NCBI GenBank assembly: GCA_030390025.1 | Contig: CM059432.1 | Location: 118,608,001 to 118,672,000, forward strand | Length of the DNA: 64,000 bases | Direction: 5' to 3' | From: Squalus acanthias | Taxonomy: Eukaryota | Part shown: positions 37,955-49,832 of the stretch, one piece after another | Layout of the letters: each line of letters opens with the position of its first letter | Position numbering within the stretch: position 1 is the stretch's first letter | Notes under the pieces: generated by a model | The model's input: only the letters and a program-made list of their open reading frames with translations | What the model was told of the DNA's origin: nothing | The model's database searches: none | Made by a program: the position numbers and the translations under genes

Positions 37955-40900
37955 CCCAAACTAAACTAATTTGGCAGGGAGATGGGCACCAGGGTGTAGC
38001 ATTAGAAAGGAGAAACAAGGTGCACAAAGGATTGGGAGAGACAGATAGCACTAGATTAAGAAATAGTACGGTATTAGGTGGGGTCAGACTAAGAGCGAAT
38101 ACAAGAAGGTCTAAGATAGGTTTACAGTGCATGTGTGTAAATGCCCGAACTGTGGTAAATAAGGTTGATGAGCTGCAGGCACAAATAGTCATGTGGAAAT
38201 ATGATGTTGTGGCGATAACGGAGAACTGGCTCAAAAAAGGGCAGGATTGGGTATTAAATATTCCTGGATATAAGGTGTTCAGGAAAGATAAGGAAGGACA
38301 GAAAGGAGGTGGGGTGGTAGTATCGATTAAGGAGAATATTACAGTGCTGGAGAGAGAGGATGTCCTGGAGGGGTTAAGGACAGAATCTATTTGGTTAGAG
38401 TTGAGAAACAATAGAGGTGCCATTACACTACTAGGTGTATTCTATAGACCGCCAACTAGTGGGAAGGATTTCGGGGAGCAAATTTGCAGGGAAATTACAG
38501 AGAGGTGCAAGAACTATAGAGTAGTGATAATGGGGGACTTCAACTATCCTAATATAGACTGGGATAGTAATAATGTAAAGGGCAGAGAGGGGGAAGAATT
38601 TCTGAAGTGTGTTCTGGAGAATTTTCTTGATCAGTACATTTCCAGCCCAACGAGGAAGGAGGCATTGCTGGATCTGGTTCTGGGGAATGAGGTGGGTCAA
38701 GTGGAACAAGTGTCAGTCGGGGAACATTTAGGGAATAATGATCATAATATCATTAGGTTTAGATTAGCTATGGAAAAGGACAGGGAGTAATCTAGTGTAA
38801 AAATACATAATTGGAGAGAGGCCAATTTCAGTGGGTTTAGAATGGATCTGGCCCAGGTAAATTGGAATCAAAGATTGGCAGGCAAAACTGTAATCGAACA
38901 ATGGGCTGCCTTTAAAGAGGAGATGGTTCGGGTACAGTCGAGGAGCATTCCCACGAGTGGGAAATGTAGGGAAACCAAAGTCAGAGCTTCCTGGATGACG
39001 AACGAGATAGAGAGTAAGATGAAGCATGAAAAGGGGGGGTATGACAGATGTCAGGTTGAAAATACAAGTGCCAACCAGGCTGAATATAGAAAGATCAGAG
39101 GGGAAGTGAAAAAGGAAATAAGAGGGACAAAGAGAGAGTATGAGAATAGATTGGTAGCTAACATAAAAGGGAATCCAAAAGCCTTCTATAGGCATATAAA
39201 TAGTAAACAGGCAGTAAGAGGAGGGGTGGGGCTGATTAGGTACCAAAATGGAGACCTATCCATGGAGGCAGAGGCATGGCTGAGGTACTAAATGAATACT
39301 TTGCATCTGTCTTTGCCAAGGAAGAAGATGCTGCCTAAGTTATAGTTAAAGAGGAGGTAGTTGAGATACTGATGGGATGAAAATTGATAATGATGAGGTA
39401 CTAGAAAGGCTGCCTGTACTTAAAGTAGATAAGTCACAAGGACCAGATGGGATGCATCCTAGGATGCTGAAGGAGTAAAGGTGGAAATTGCGGAGGTACT
39501 GGCCATAATCTCCCAATCTTCCTTGGATACAGGGGTGGTGCCAGAAGACTGGAGAATTGCAAATGTTACATCCTTGTTCAAAAAAGGGTGTAAGAATAAA
39601 CCCAGCAACTACAGGCCAGTCAGTTTAACCTTGGTAGTGGGAAATCTTTTAGAAGCACTAATCCAGGACAAAATTAACAGTCACTTGGACAAGTATGGAT
39701 TAATTAAGGAAACCCAGCACGGATTTGTTAAAGGCAAATCATGTTAAACTAACTTGATCGAGTTTTTTGATGAGGTAACAGAGGGTTGATGAGGGCAATG
39801 TGGTTGACGTGGTGTACATGGACATCCAAAACGCATTTGATAAAGTGCCACACAATAGGCTTGCCAGCAAATTTGAAGCCCATGGAATAAAAGGGACAGT
39901 GGCAGCATGGGTACAAAATTGGCTAAGTGACAGGAAACAGAGAGTAGAGGTCTATCAGACTGGAGGAAGGTATACAGTGGGGTTCCCCAGGGGTTGGTAC
40001 TAGGACCACTGCTTTTCTTGATATATAGTAATGACTTGGACTTGGGTGTACAAGACACAATTTCAAAATGTGCAGATGACACAAAATTGAAAGTATAGTG
40101 AACACTGAGGGGGATAGTGATAGACTTCAAGGGGACATAGACAGGCTGGTAGAATGGGCAGACACATGGCAGATGAAATTTAATGCAGAAAAGTGCAAAG
40201 TGATACATTTTGGTCGGAAGAACAAGGAGAGGTAATATAAACTAAAGGGTACAATCCTAAAGGGAGTGCATGAACAGAGAGAACTAGGGGTATATGGGCA
40301 CAAATCATTGAAGGTGGCAGGGCAAGTTGAGAAATTGGTTAAAAAGCATACCGGGATCCTGAGCTTCATAAATAGTGGCATAGAGTACAAAAGCAAGGAA
40401 GTTATGATGAACCTTTATAAAACACTGGTTCAGCCACAACTGGAGTATTGTGTCCAATTCTTTAGGAAGTATATGAAGGCCTTAGAGATGGTGCAGAAAA
40501 GATTTACAAGAATGGTTCCAGGGACGAGGGACTTCAGTTACGTGGATAGACTGGAGAAGTTGGGGTTGTTCTCCTTAGAGCAGATAAGGTTGAGAGGAGC
40601 GGTGTTCAAAATCATGAGGGATCTAGACAGAGTAGATAGAGAGAAACTGTTCCCATTGGCGGAAGGGTCGAGAACCAGAGGACACAGGTTTAAGGTGATT
40701 GGCAGAAGAACCAAAGGCGACATGAGGAAAAACTTTTTTACGCAGCGAGTGGTTAGGATCTGGAATTCACTGCCTGAAAGGCTGGTGGAGGCAGATTCAA
40801 CTGTGGCTTTCAAACAGGAATTGGATAACTACTGAAGGAAAAAAAATTATAGGGCTACGGGGAAAGGGCGGGGGAGTGGGACTAGCTGAAGTGCTCTTGC

Positions 40901-41733
40901 AGAGTGCCGACACGGGCTCAACGGGCCAAATGGCCTGTAAGTCTTTCTCTTACTACTGTTCGGAAATGTGAATAAGCATAACAATGGCAGATAGAGATGT
41001 GATCAATAGAATTGGTCTTTATTCACACTACAGTTCAAAATTCAAGTGTACATCGCAATCAATATGCACCCAATTTACCCATACATAAAAGTACTCCCCG
41101 GCAACTTATACGCTACCTCCTGGTGATTTATATCCCAAGTCAACCATACATAAAAGTACCCTTTAACCATATCTAAGCTCTATGTCCGACTTTTATACAT
41201 ACTCCTTTATCTCTGGGTGATCGGTCCAGAAAAGTCGTAAGTCGCAAACATAGACTGACCAGCTTTCTTTGTTCGCCTGTTCTTCCATTCTTCTTTCTGA
41301 CTTCCCAGCCTCTGGGTCACTTCTTTTATAGGGCCTTTCTGCCGGTCCCACTCGTATATCACCATCTGCCTCCCTCTGATAGGTCAGTTCCCCTCCAAAC
41401 CTTTCCTGATTGGAGTTCCTTCTGCATGACATGTTCATGTTCCTGTGAGGTGTGTGGGGGCGGAACTTCCTCATCACTCGTGCTTCTCCTTCCTGTCCAT
41501 GTGGTCTTACAAACAAAGGACCATGCTGACCACCAGGCAAAGGACCCCCTGCTGACTTCTGCCATTTTGTGTCTTCACAAACAAAGAACACACGCTGACT
41601 TCCTAGTATTCCATAACCATTTCACAATTTGTTCTGAACTTCGATCTCCACACGGTAGCAGCTGTTTTATTACAGTTTTTAGAATCTTACAGGCCTCCTT
41701 CTGTGCTGTAACCATTCTATGATTCTATGATTC
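37955..41733 (+). mobile_element. CR1 LINE ORF2 (many stops) and 3'UTR, with a solo LTR in the 3'UTR
   Basis: Endonuclease ORF 38020-38790 and RT fragments to 40835. 3'UTR aaatggcc|tccttctgtgctgtaaccattctatgattctatgatt is split at 40936-41691. Confidence 0.95.
40936..41691 (-). mobile_element. Solo LTR, 756 bp (ERV- or Gypsy-like)
   Basis: Inverted ends TGTAAG...CTTACA. Perfect 4-bp TSD GGCC at 40932-35 and 41692-95. Minus-strand TATAAAA (~41325) upstream of AATAAA (~41020). Confidence 0.9.
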
Positions 41734-42276
41734 ATTCATGCAAAAAAATAACAAATCACTTAATTGAATGATGCTGATTGGCTGAAATGTTGCTCAACAG
41801 ATATGGAACCTACAAATTAATACCTAGCAAGTAGAATTATAGAAAAGTATGAAAGTAGGTATGAAAACTACCAATAAAAATGTAGCAAACTGCCAAGCAA
41901 GCACAAGGAATCAGCAAACAACATAGTAGCCCCAAGTTTTCCTGTCATGCACTGTAAGCCCAGCTTTTCACTAAAATCTTTGCATTACTCTGATTGTTGT
42001 GCATTTAAATGTTTATAAAACTTTATTCTAGGGTCTATTAGTTGCAATAAAAAAAGAAAGATTTAGCCTGCACTATTCATGAAGTAGATAGCCACAATTT
42101 CAGGAGTGCAGAACAGGTCACATTTAACCCATTGTTATCCCATATTGCAAAATTACTGGCCGGAGGCAGTAAGCACACAACAGCTAAAACTGTGCATTAG
42201 CCTTGTTGGGTTTAATGCCAGCATATTTGATTTTTTAACTGCAAGGTGCGGCAATTACAAGACTCCTATTTTGGAT

Positions 42277-42495
42277 GCAAAAGCAAAATACTGCAGATGC
42301 TGGAAATTTGAAATAAAAACAGAAAATGCTGGAAATACTCAGCAGGTCAGGCAGCATCTATGGCGAGAGAAACAGAGTTAACGTTTCAGGTCGATGACGT
42401 TTCGTCAGAACTGGAAAAAGTTAGAGATGTAACAGATTTTAAGCAGGTGCAAGGCAGGGAAAGGGGGAGGGGAGGAAAGAACAAAAGGGAAGGAT
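42277..42495 (-). mobile_element. Penelope-like terminal repeat fragment with a hammerhead motif at 42376-42412
   Basis: Same terminus as the GIY-YIG-bearing element at 47285-48455. Minus strand agtt-ctgacga-aacgtcatcgacct-gaaacgtt-aact (one stem II mismatch). Confidence 0.88.
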
Positions 42496-42726
42496 GTGCA
42501 GTTTAACAAATGCATATTTATTAGCATCAATTTTAATGAATGTAAACTGTTGGACTAACTTGCTCAGGTATATACTGAGCTAGGAAACTAGCTTCTGGAT
42601 ATATCAATACATTTTTTACAGTCTTGCATGACAAAAAACAGCATGCATTATGTACACAATGGAATGGAAGGGAGGAGAGTCAAGAAAGTCAAATAAACAG
42701 CATCCTTATGTTAAATGAAATAATGA

Positions 42727-43800
42727 CTTGACTTATATTTATATAGCACCTTATCACATCTCAGTTGTGTCTCAAGGTGTTTTACACACAATTAATCAAT
42801 TTTAAGTGCAGTGACTTATGTAGGCAAATGTGACAGTCATTTGTACACAGCAAGGTCCCACAAACAGCAATTAAGTGAATGCTCGGTTAATCTGTTTTGA
42901 GTGTAGTTGAGTGAGGAATGTTAGCCAGGACATCAGGTGAACTGCCTGCTTTTCTGCGAATAGTGCTATGGGATTTTTCACATCCACCTGATCCACCAGA
43001 ACATGTAAACAGGGTCTATGTTATTGTTTTGGCTGAAATACAGAACCTCCAATAGCGCAGCATCCCCTCAGTACTGTACTGAATGGTCAGCCGAGATTAT
43101 GAGCTGAATCTTAACCCCCAAAAATGGGTGGGTTGGCATCGGGTGAGATGTTAAAATTTAAAAATCTCAAACCCGACCCCAACCCGCCTCCAACACGCCC
43201 ACTTCTGGGTTTAACGGAGGCGGGACAGGGGGCGGGCAGCCAAGCCATTCCCAGGAGGTGGGTTGGCCAATTACATATTTTAATGAGGCTGGCAGCCTCT
43301 CATTTAACCTTTGTAGGTTTAACCCTGGCCGGCCAGGTTTCCCAGACCTCGGGCAACCCAACCGCTGAATGGAGAAGCTTCGGGGAGAAGACAAGTGCTT
43401 CCCCACCAACCCCCCAAGCTCCCCCCCACCATACAACTTCCCCCCACTGGGTCGGGGATTGGACGGCCCCCCACCCCACGCCCCCACTAGCAGCAGTGGT
43501 GACTTACCTGTGGCTGCAGCCTGCCCGGAGTGCTCCCCGCCCGACTGTGAGTCAAGACTGTCAATGAGGCTGATTTCCAGGCGAGGAACCTATCAAAGCA
43601 AAGCTACGCACGCTGTGGAGTTACAGCATGCGGGGAAACCTGAACGTTTCCCGACAGAAACTCCACCGCAGCCCCCCGCCCCACCACCCCGCCCCCCCAC
43701 CCCCGTTGCATACACAGCCCGCCCCCGACAAGATGTGTTCAAGTCCTCGAGCGGGGCATAAACCCAAGCCTTCTGATTAAAAGGAGCTTTACCACCGAGC
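42727..43800 (-). mobile_element. Deu-domain SINE (SacSINE1/AmnSINE1-like), split by a MITE at 43101-43734
   Basis: Minus strand contains atcccatagcactattcg...gtcctggctaacattcctc...aaaacagattaac...attgctgtttgtgggaccttgctgtg, which I recognise as the Deu core. The tRNA-like head continues at 43735-43800. Confidence 0.75.
43101..43734. mobile_element. Harbinger-type MITE with damaged right TIR
   Basis: Left end gagctgaatctt resembles gggctggatttt. cccgaccccaacccg subterminal motifs are shared with 59573-60419. Host SINE resumes at gtgttcaag. Confidence 0.65.
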
Positions 43801-44245
43801 TCCTACACAATGTCCAAATCTCGAAGGTCAAATGCAGCAGGACAAGACAGTGGCCGCAGCTCCTGACAAGATCAAGTATGGATACTTGAAATAAAAGCAG
43901 AAAGTGCTGTAAATACTCAGCAGGTCAGGCAGCATCTGTGGTGAGAGAAACAGAGGCTGGAATTTTGCCTACCTCGGTGGGTACGGTGCGGGCGGTCGGT
44001 GTGGTGGGTCCCGACCCCGCTGCTGGCTCCATCCTGCTGCTGAAGATGAACTTAACTTAATGGGACCTATTAAGCCCACCCAGCGCGTTACCCAGCCCAA
44101 TGAGATGGAGTGGGTCTGGTGACATCATTCATGGTGCGTTTTCAGCCGGGATCTTTAAAGGGACCAAGGCCACATTACATTTGACATTTAATCTAACATA
44201 GTGCTGTCAGTATTCTACAGCATTGGAGTGCTGCAAACATCGACA

Positions 44246-44465
44246 ATGACTTCACAGAGGTGCAGGGCTGCACCCAGGTTCTCCAATGACTCCCTCCATA
44301 TGCTTATGAAGGGAGTCACAGCACGCAGGGAGGTCCTCTTCCCTTCCGATGGGTGGAAGAGACCTCCCCAGGATACCAAAACAGACTGGCTGAAGATTGC
44401 AGAGGAGGTCACCAGCAGGGATGTGGTCAGGAGGACCTGATTGCAGTGCCACAAACTGTTTCAAT
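44246..44465 (+). pseudogene. Harbinger Myb/SANT-like exon 1
   Basis: MTSQRCRAAPRFSNDSL..EVLFPSDG..WLKIAEEVTS..RRT*LQC; about half identical by eye to exon 1 at 8474-8235; internal stop. Confidence 0.85.
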
Positions 44466-44800
44466 GAAATGAAAAACAGAAAATGCTGGAGACACTCAGC
44501 AGGTCAGGCAGCATCTGTGAAGAGAGACACAGAGTTAACGTTTCAGGTCGATGACCTTTCGTCAGAACTGGAAAAAAGCAGGAAATGGAACAGATTTTTA
44601 AGTAAGTGTAGAGGCTGGGAAAGGGGATGAAAGAACAAAAGGGAAGGTCTGTGATAGGATAGAAGGCAGAAGAGGTTAAGAGACATTAAGAGATATTCAA
44701 GGCAAAAGGAAATGGTAATGGGACAGGTTAAGAAACAAAGGATGGCTCTCGATGAAGTAAAAATTGCGTTGGCAGAATGAAAGACAGCTGCCATGTAGGG
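44466..44800 (-). mobile_element. Penelope terminal-repeat fragment nested in the Harbinger Myb exon
   Basis: Aligns with 43884-43954 plus 47285-47550. Confidence 0.85.
44533..44569 (-). ncRNA. Minimal type I hammerhead ribozyme motif (Penelope-associated)
   Basis: AGUU-CUGACGA-A-AGGUC(AUC)GACCU-GAAA-C-GUU-AACU: catalytic core boxes, 5-bp stem II, 4-bp stem I, loopless palindromic ACGU stem III. Activity untested. Confidence 0.75.
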
Positions 44801-47800
44801 GAGAAGAAAAGAAGTCAGAGGGATTAAGAAAAAGAAAAAAGGAAAACGGGGAGAAAAAAGTGGAAAAAGAAATGAACGGCTTAGGTCCGGAGCAGCAGCC
44901 AAAGTGCACACATGAATGGACACAGGGAAAAGCTCAATTTACATAGGCCTGGTTATGTAGTAATTAGTGGAAAACCTATTTCCTGGTAGCAGGGAAAATG
45001 TTGGAGACAATAGTAGGGAGACCAGGGTTAAAGTCAGAAGCCCTATGGATGGACAAAGCTGATGTAAGCAGGATGGAACCGGCATGGAGCATCGACAAAC
45101 CGCTGTCCAAATTCAGAGATAGGTGTAGTAGGGGAGTGAAGTCCAGAAGCTATTTGAAGGGTAGAGAGTTCGAGGATGGAGGTTGTTGCCGTAGGAATGA
45201 GAATCGGTAGTGGTGCAGAAAGATGATGGCAAAATTGACACAAGTTGGAGGTCACCGTAGATCAAAGCAGCGGAGAAAAAAGTAAAACCAGAAGCCAGTG
45301 ACCAGCAAAGCTGAAAAACCAGTAGAACGAGTCACCGGACAGCAAGTGAAACAGCAGTTGCTAGCAAGAAGCCAACAAAGCTGAAAAACCAGTAGAACCA
45401 ACTCAGCAGAGACACAGCCGCAGTTTAAAAGTTATTTGAAAAAAAATTAAAATCTTTTAGTAGCAGAGATAGAGACACAGCAGGTAAGTCTTAGAGTGTA
45501 ATCCAGTGTAGTCCAGTGCAGAAACGTAGTGGTGTAATCCAGTGTAGTTCAAAGCAGAAACATAGTCTAGATGTCCAGAGAAGCCCAGGAGATTGGAAAC
45601 TAATTTGAGAAAAGAATTAAAATTTGAAGCAACAGAATAGCAAGAGCAAAGACACAGCAGCTGAGTCAAGCAGTGTAGTCAGTAGCACAACATAGGCCAG
45701 TTGGCAGAGGAATCCACGTGATGGAAGTTATGTTCCAGCAGAGTTCCGGCTGTTGAAAGAGCTCAGTGAGAACAAAGATACGCAGGGTCAGGGGATGGGC
45801 AGTGGACTTTGCAGGGGTAACCTTAAACTTTAAACTTGTAGTTTGAACTTGTAGTTTGGGCTGAAATGCCTTAACTATCAGAGCCAGGGTATCTTAAGCA
45901 ATGGAAGACAGGAGATTGGGGGAAGAAAGGGCAAAGGATGGCAATGGATGATCATGGAGACAGTTGAAGAGAAGAGTAGCTCAGTAAGGAGCTGCCAGCC
46001 CAGGAGCCATCTTGGAGCAAGATCAGGAAACGTTAGTAAAAAGTCACACTCAACCTCATCCTGCTGTGCCTCTCATCACATCCCCATCACTCTGCTTCCC
46101 AGCCCTACTCCTCCACATCCTTATTCACTCCAACTTACCTTGCACCTCCACCCATCCCTCTCTATCTACATGATCACTTCCCCATCGCACTAGCCACCCC
46201 TCACACCCACCTTCATTCTAATGCAATCATACCAACTAACAACACACAAGGAGGCCACTTAGGTGTTTTATCCAATGTTTATGTAAAGTTTCTGTTACTG
46301 TGGTGTTAAACATAAAAATCTTTATTTTCAACACTTTGCATTCTTGGACAGATTTGTGTGCACCTTTGGAAGTTGCTTAGTGAGTTGCAGTGAATGGTGA
46401 GACATAACGGTACCCCCCGCAATGGTGGTGAGAGTGAAAGGAATGGCGTGGGCATTGTAAGGATGCTTTATGGTGTTGGTGTGTGGTGGTGCCAACCTGG
46501 CACACCATGTGGCAGCCAGGGTGTACAGCATAAAGTTAACTAAATCTGGCCATGATGAGGCCATCCCTGGCCTCCTGAGCAGCAATGTGGTCGGGTGCTG
46601 ATGCCCTCTGCCCTGTGCAGCATCAGGTGATTGCGGAGAAGGTTGTTGTTGTTGTTGGTGCTGCTGTTGTGCCTGGTGATGCTGGTGTTGGGGCTCATCA
46701 TGGATTCTGAGTACCAAGGTGAGACAGTATAAACGGCACCCATGCTGATGGAATAGATGGCAGGTGAGGTAAAGGTGACAGAAGCATTCTGTCAAAGGTG
46801 AGAGAGTTCTTCCAATGAGGTGAGACTGAATGGAGACTTTGCTGGAAAGACTTGCAGCCGGCAGAATCTGTGCTGGAAATGCACTGAGCAACAGCTTCTG
46901 CCTGAGGAAAGTGATCATCTGTCAGGTGGGAGGTTTTACTGTACATTTGATGCTGCCAAGTAATCAGCTGGAGCAATGGCCACGGAACTCCCGCCTCACG
47001 TTGACAGATGTGGTCCCTGAACTGCGTGAATCCCGTGGCCATGCAGGGAAATTTAAAATGTAGGGGGAAAAAGGCTCTTAAGTGCCTGTAAACTACTTGA
47101 TAATGATTTCAATTGAGGCCACCACCGCTGCTGGTTGGGTCGGCTCCGCAATGACAGACGCGCCTGGTGGAAATACACGTGGGGGTGGGATGACAGCGGG
47201 TTCCTGACCCGCTGTCAAAAATAACAACTTTCTCACCCGACCCGCCACCGATCGCGCCCGCTACCACCATGGAACATTCTGGCCAGAATTAATGTTTCAG
47301 GTCGATGACCTTTCATCAGAACTGGAAAAAGTTAGAGATATAACAGATTTTAAGCAAGTGCAGAGGCAGGGAAAGGGGGAGGGGAGAAAAGAACAAAAGG
47401 GAAGTTCTATGATAGGGTGGAGAGATTAAATGACAAAAGGGGTGATGGTGCAAGGCAAAAGGAGATGGTAATGGGACAAGTTAAGAAAAAAAATATTGGT
47501 CTAGAAGAGGTGTAAATGGCAATAGCAGAATCATCAACAGCTGCCATGTGAAAAATAGGGGCAGATGTTATGATCTGAAATTGTTGAAGTCAATTTTGAG
47601 TCCAGAAGGCTTTAAAGTGCCTAATCAAAAGATGAGGTGCTGTTCCTCGAGCTCACGTTGAGTTTTATTGGAACACTGTAGGAGGACGAGAACAGAGAGG
47701 TCAAAGTGGGTGTGGAGCGGATAATTAAAGTGACAGGCGACCGGAAGCTTGGGGTCATGCTTGCGGACTCAATGGAGGTGTTCAGCAAAGTGGTCACCCA

Positions 47801-48653
47801 ATCTGCGTTTGATCTCCCCAATGTAGAGGAGACCGCATCGTGAGCAGCGAATACAGTATACTAAATTGAAAGATGTACAAGTAAATCGCTGTTTCACCTG
47901 GAAGGAGTGTTTGGGGCCCTGGACAGTGGGAAGGGAGGAGGTAAAAGTGCAGGTGTTGCATCTCCTGCACTTGCACGAGAAGATGCCGTGGGAAGGGGTA
48001 GGGCTTTTGGGGGTGATTGAGGAGTGGACCAGGGTGTCGTGGAGGGAACGGTCGATTCGGAATGCTGAAAGGGGAGGGGAAGGTGTGTTTGGTGGTGGAT
48101 CACGCTGGAGGTGGCGGAAATGGCAGAGGATGATCCGTTGAATGTGGAGGCTGGTGGGGTGGAAGGTGAGGACAAGGGAAACCCTATCGTGGTTCTTGAG
48201 GAACGGGGAAGGGGTGAGAGCAGAAGTGAGGGAAATGGAACAGACACGGTCGAGGGCCCTGTCAACTAAAGTAGAGTGGAATCCTTGGTTGAGGAAAAAG
48301 AAGACATATCAGAAGCACAAGTATGGAAGGTGGCATTGTCAGAACAAATATGACGGAGACGGATAAACTGGAAGAATGGAATAGAGTCCTTACAGGAAGC
48401 GGGTTGGGAGGAAGTGTAGTCCAGGTAGCTGTGGGAGACAGTGGGCTTATAGTGGATACTTTCCTAGGAAAGATCCCATGCAGTAAAAATAAATCACTAA
48501 AAAGATCTACACAGTTGGCATTTTATCAGTTCTTGTTCTGAAATTGATTATTATATCATCTGGGCTCCAGAGTAAAGAGGAGTTTGACGTGTTCCAGTCA
48601 ACTCCCAGTCTCAGTCATAATTTTTGGAAAGCTGGGTACCGAGGAGCCAATAT

Positions 48654-49225
48654 CCCCCCTACCCCTCTCCCAGCCTTCACACTGGTATAATGCACATATA
48701 ATCTCCCGTGTTCCCCCTACCCCTCTCCCAGCCTCCACACTGGTATAATGCACATATAATCTCCCGTGTCCCTCCTTCTCCTCTCCCAGCCTCCACACTG
48801 GTATAATGCACATATAATCTCCCGTGCCCCTCCTACCCCTCTCCCAGCCTCCACACTGGTATAATGCACATATAATCTCCCGTGCCCCTCCTTCCCCTCT
48901 CCCAGCCCCCACACTGGTATAATGCACATATAATCTCCCGTGTCCCTCCTTCTCCTCTCCCAGCCTCCACACTGGTATAATGCACATATAATCTCCCGTG
49001 TCCCTCCTTCTCCTCTCCCAGCCTCCACACTGGTATAATGCACATATAATCTCCCGTGCCCCTCCTTCCCCTCTCCCAGCCCCCACACTGGTATAATGCA
49101 CATATAATCTCCCGTGTCCCTCCTTCTCCTCTCCCAGCCTCCACACTGGTATAATGCACATATAATCTCCCGTGCCCCTCCTTCTCCTCTCCCAGCCCCC
49201 ACACTGGTATAATGTGCACATTATA
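48654..49225. repeat. 58-bp minisatellite, ~9.7 copies
   Basis: actggtataatg recurs at 48681, 48739, 48797, 48855, 48913, 48971, 49029, 49087, 49145 and 49203 (exact 58-bp period). Confidence 0.97.
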
Positions 49226-49832
49226 GGACATGCATCCATCACACACCAGTTTCATGTTTCAAATGTCAAATTCCAGACACACGTTGTTATAGATGAAAAA
49301 TAGTGTATAAAATGGGAAAAAAAATCGGCATTTCATCCTGAAATTTGCAAGAAATTTATTGACCTTAATTGGCATGAGGAATTTACAAGCGTTTTCAATT
49401 ACCTGAATTGACACAAGGAGTGATTGAGCAGTGGGCTTTACACATATTAAACCAGATATGATCATTCATAATAAAATGGTGGCTGAACCTTCCTTAAGAT
49501 TAAAATATAGTACCAAGGGTGATCTATCTGCAGGAGGAGAGGTAGATTTGTCTGATCAATGAATTAATTAAGATGAAGGCTTCCGTTGACCGAAGCATAG
49601 TTAGGGGCAGTGCGCCAAAAATGCAAATGAAAGTTACATGGTTTCAGCATCTGAGCAAACCCTCTATTGCTAACACTCCATTGCAAATTACTAAGCGTTA
49701 GGGTAGAAGCTCTCCTTATAAGAGATACAGAAAATGTAGCTTCACCCAACGTTCTGAATTTAAGATGGTGCAAAGCAAATAACGCGAATCAGATGGGGAG
49801 TTTCTTAAAATAACCACAACTGAACAAGGCTT

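Larger units (their letters stand above)
43955..47284. mobile_element. Second non-autonomous Harbinger element (Myb exon 1, transposase remnant), with nested inserts at ~44466-46020
   Basis: TSD AGA at 43952-54 and 47285-87. Imperfect TIR ggctggaattt / ggccagaatgt. Myb exon at 44246-44465 (+); polyQ remnant at ~46537-46743 (-). Confidence 0.85.
43884..48455 (-). mobile_element. Penelope-like retroelement 3' portion (GIY-YIG endonuclease, terminal repeat), split by Harbinger 43955-47284
   Basis: Minus strand ~47770-47920 reads FQVKQRFTCTSFNLVYCIRCSRCGLLYIGEIKRRLGDHFAEH (PLE GIY-YIG). Terminus is continuous across gagaaacaga|attaatgtttcaggtcg. Confidence 0.92.

Noticed and set aside
46328..46918. 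196-aa polyQ ORF as a host transcription factor
   Set aside because: It lies within a Harbinger element and overlaps the transposase remnant homologous to 6042-6263.
48654..49225. CRISPR-like array, or repetitive proteins from ORFs 48598-49255
   Set aside because: The variable parts are near-identical variants rather than unique spacers, there are no cas genes, and the context is eukaryotic. The ORFs are open in all three minus frames because of the repeat.
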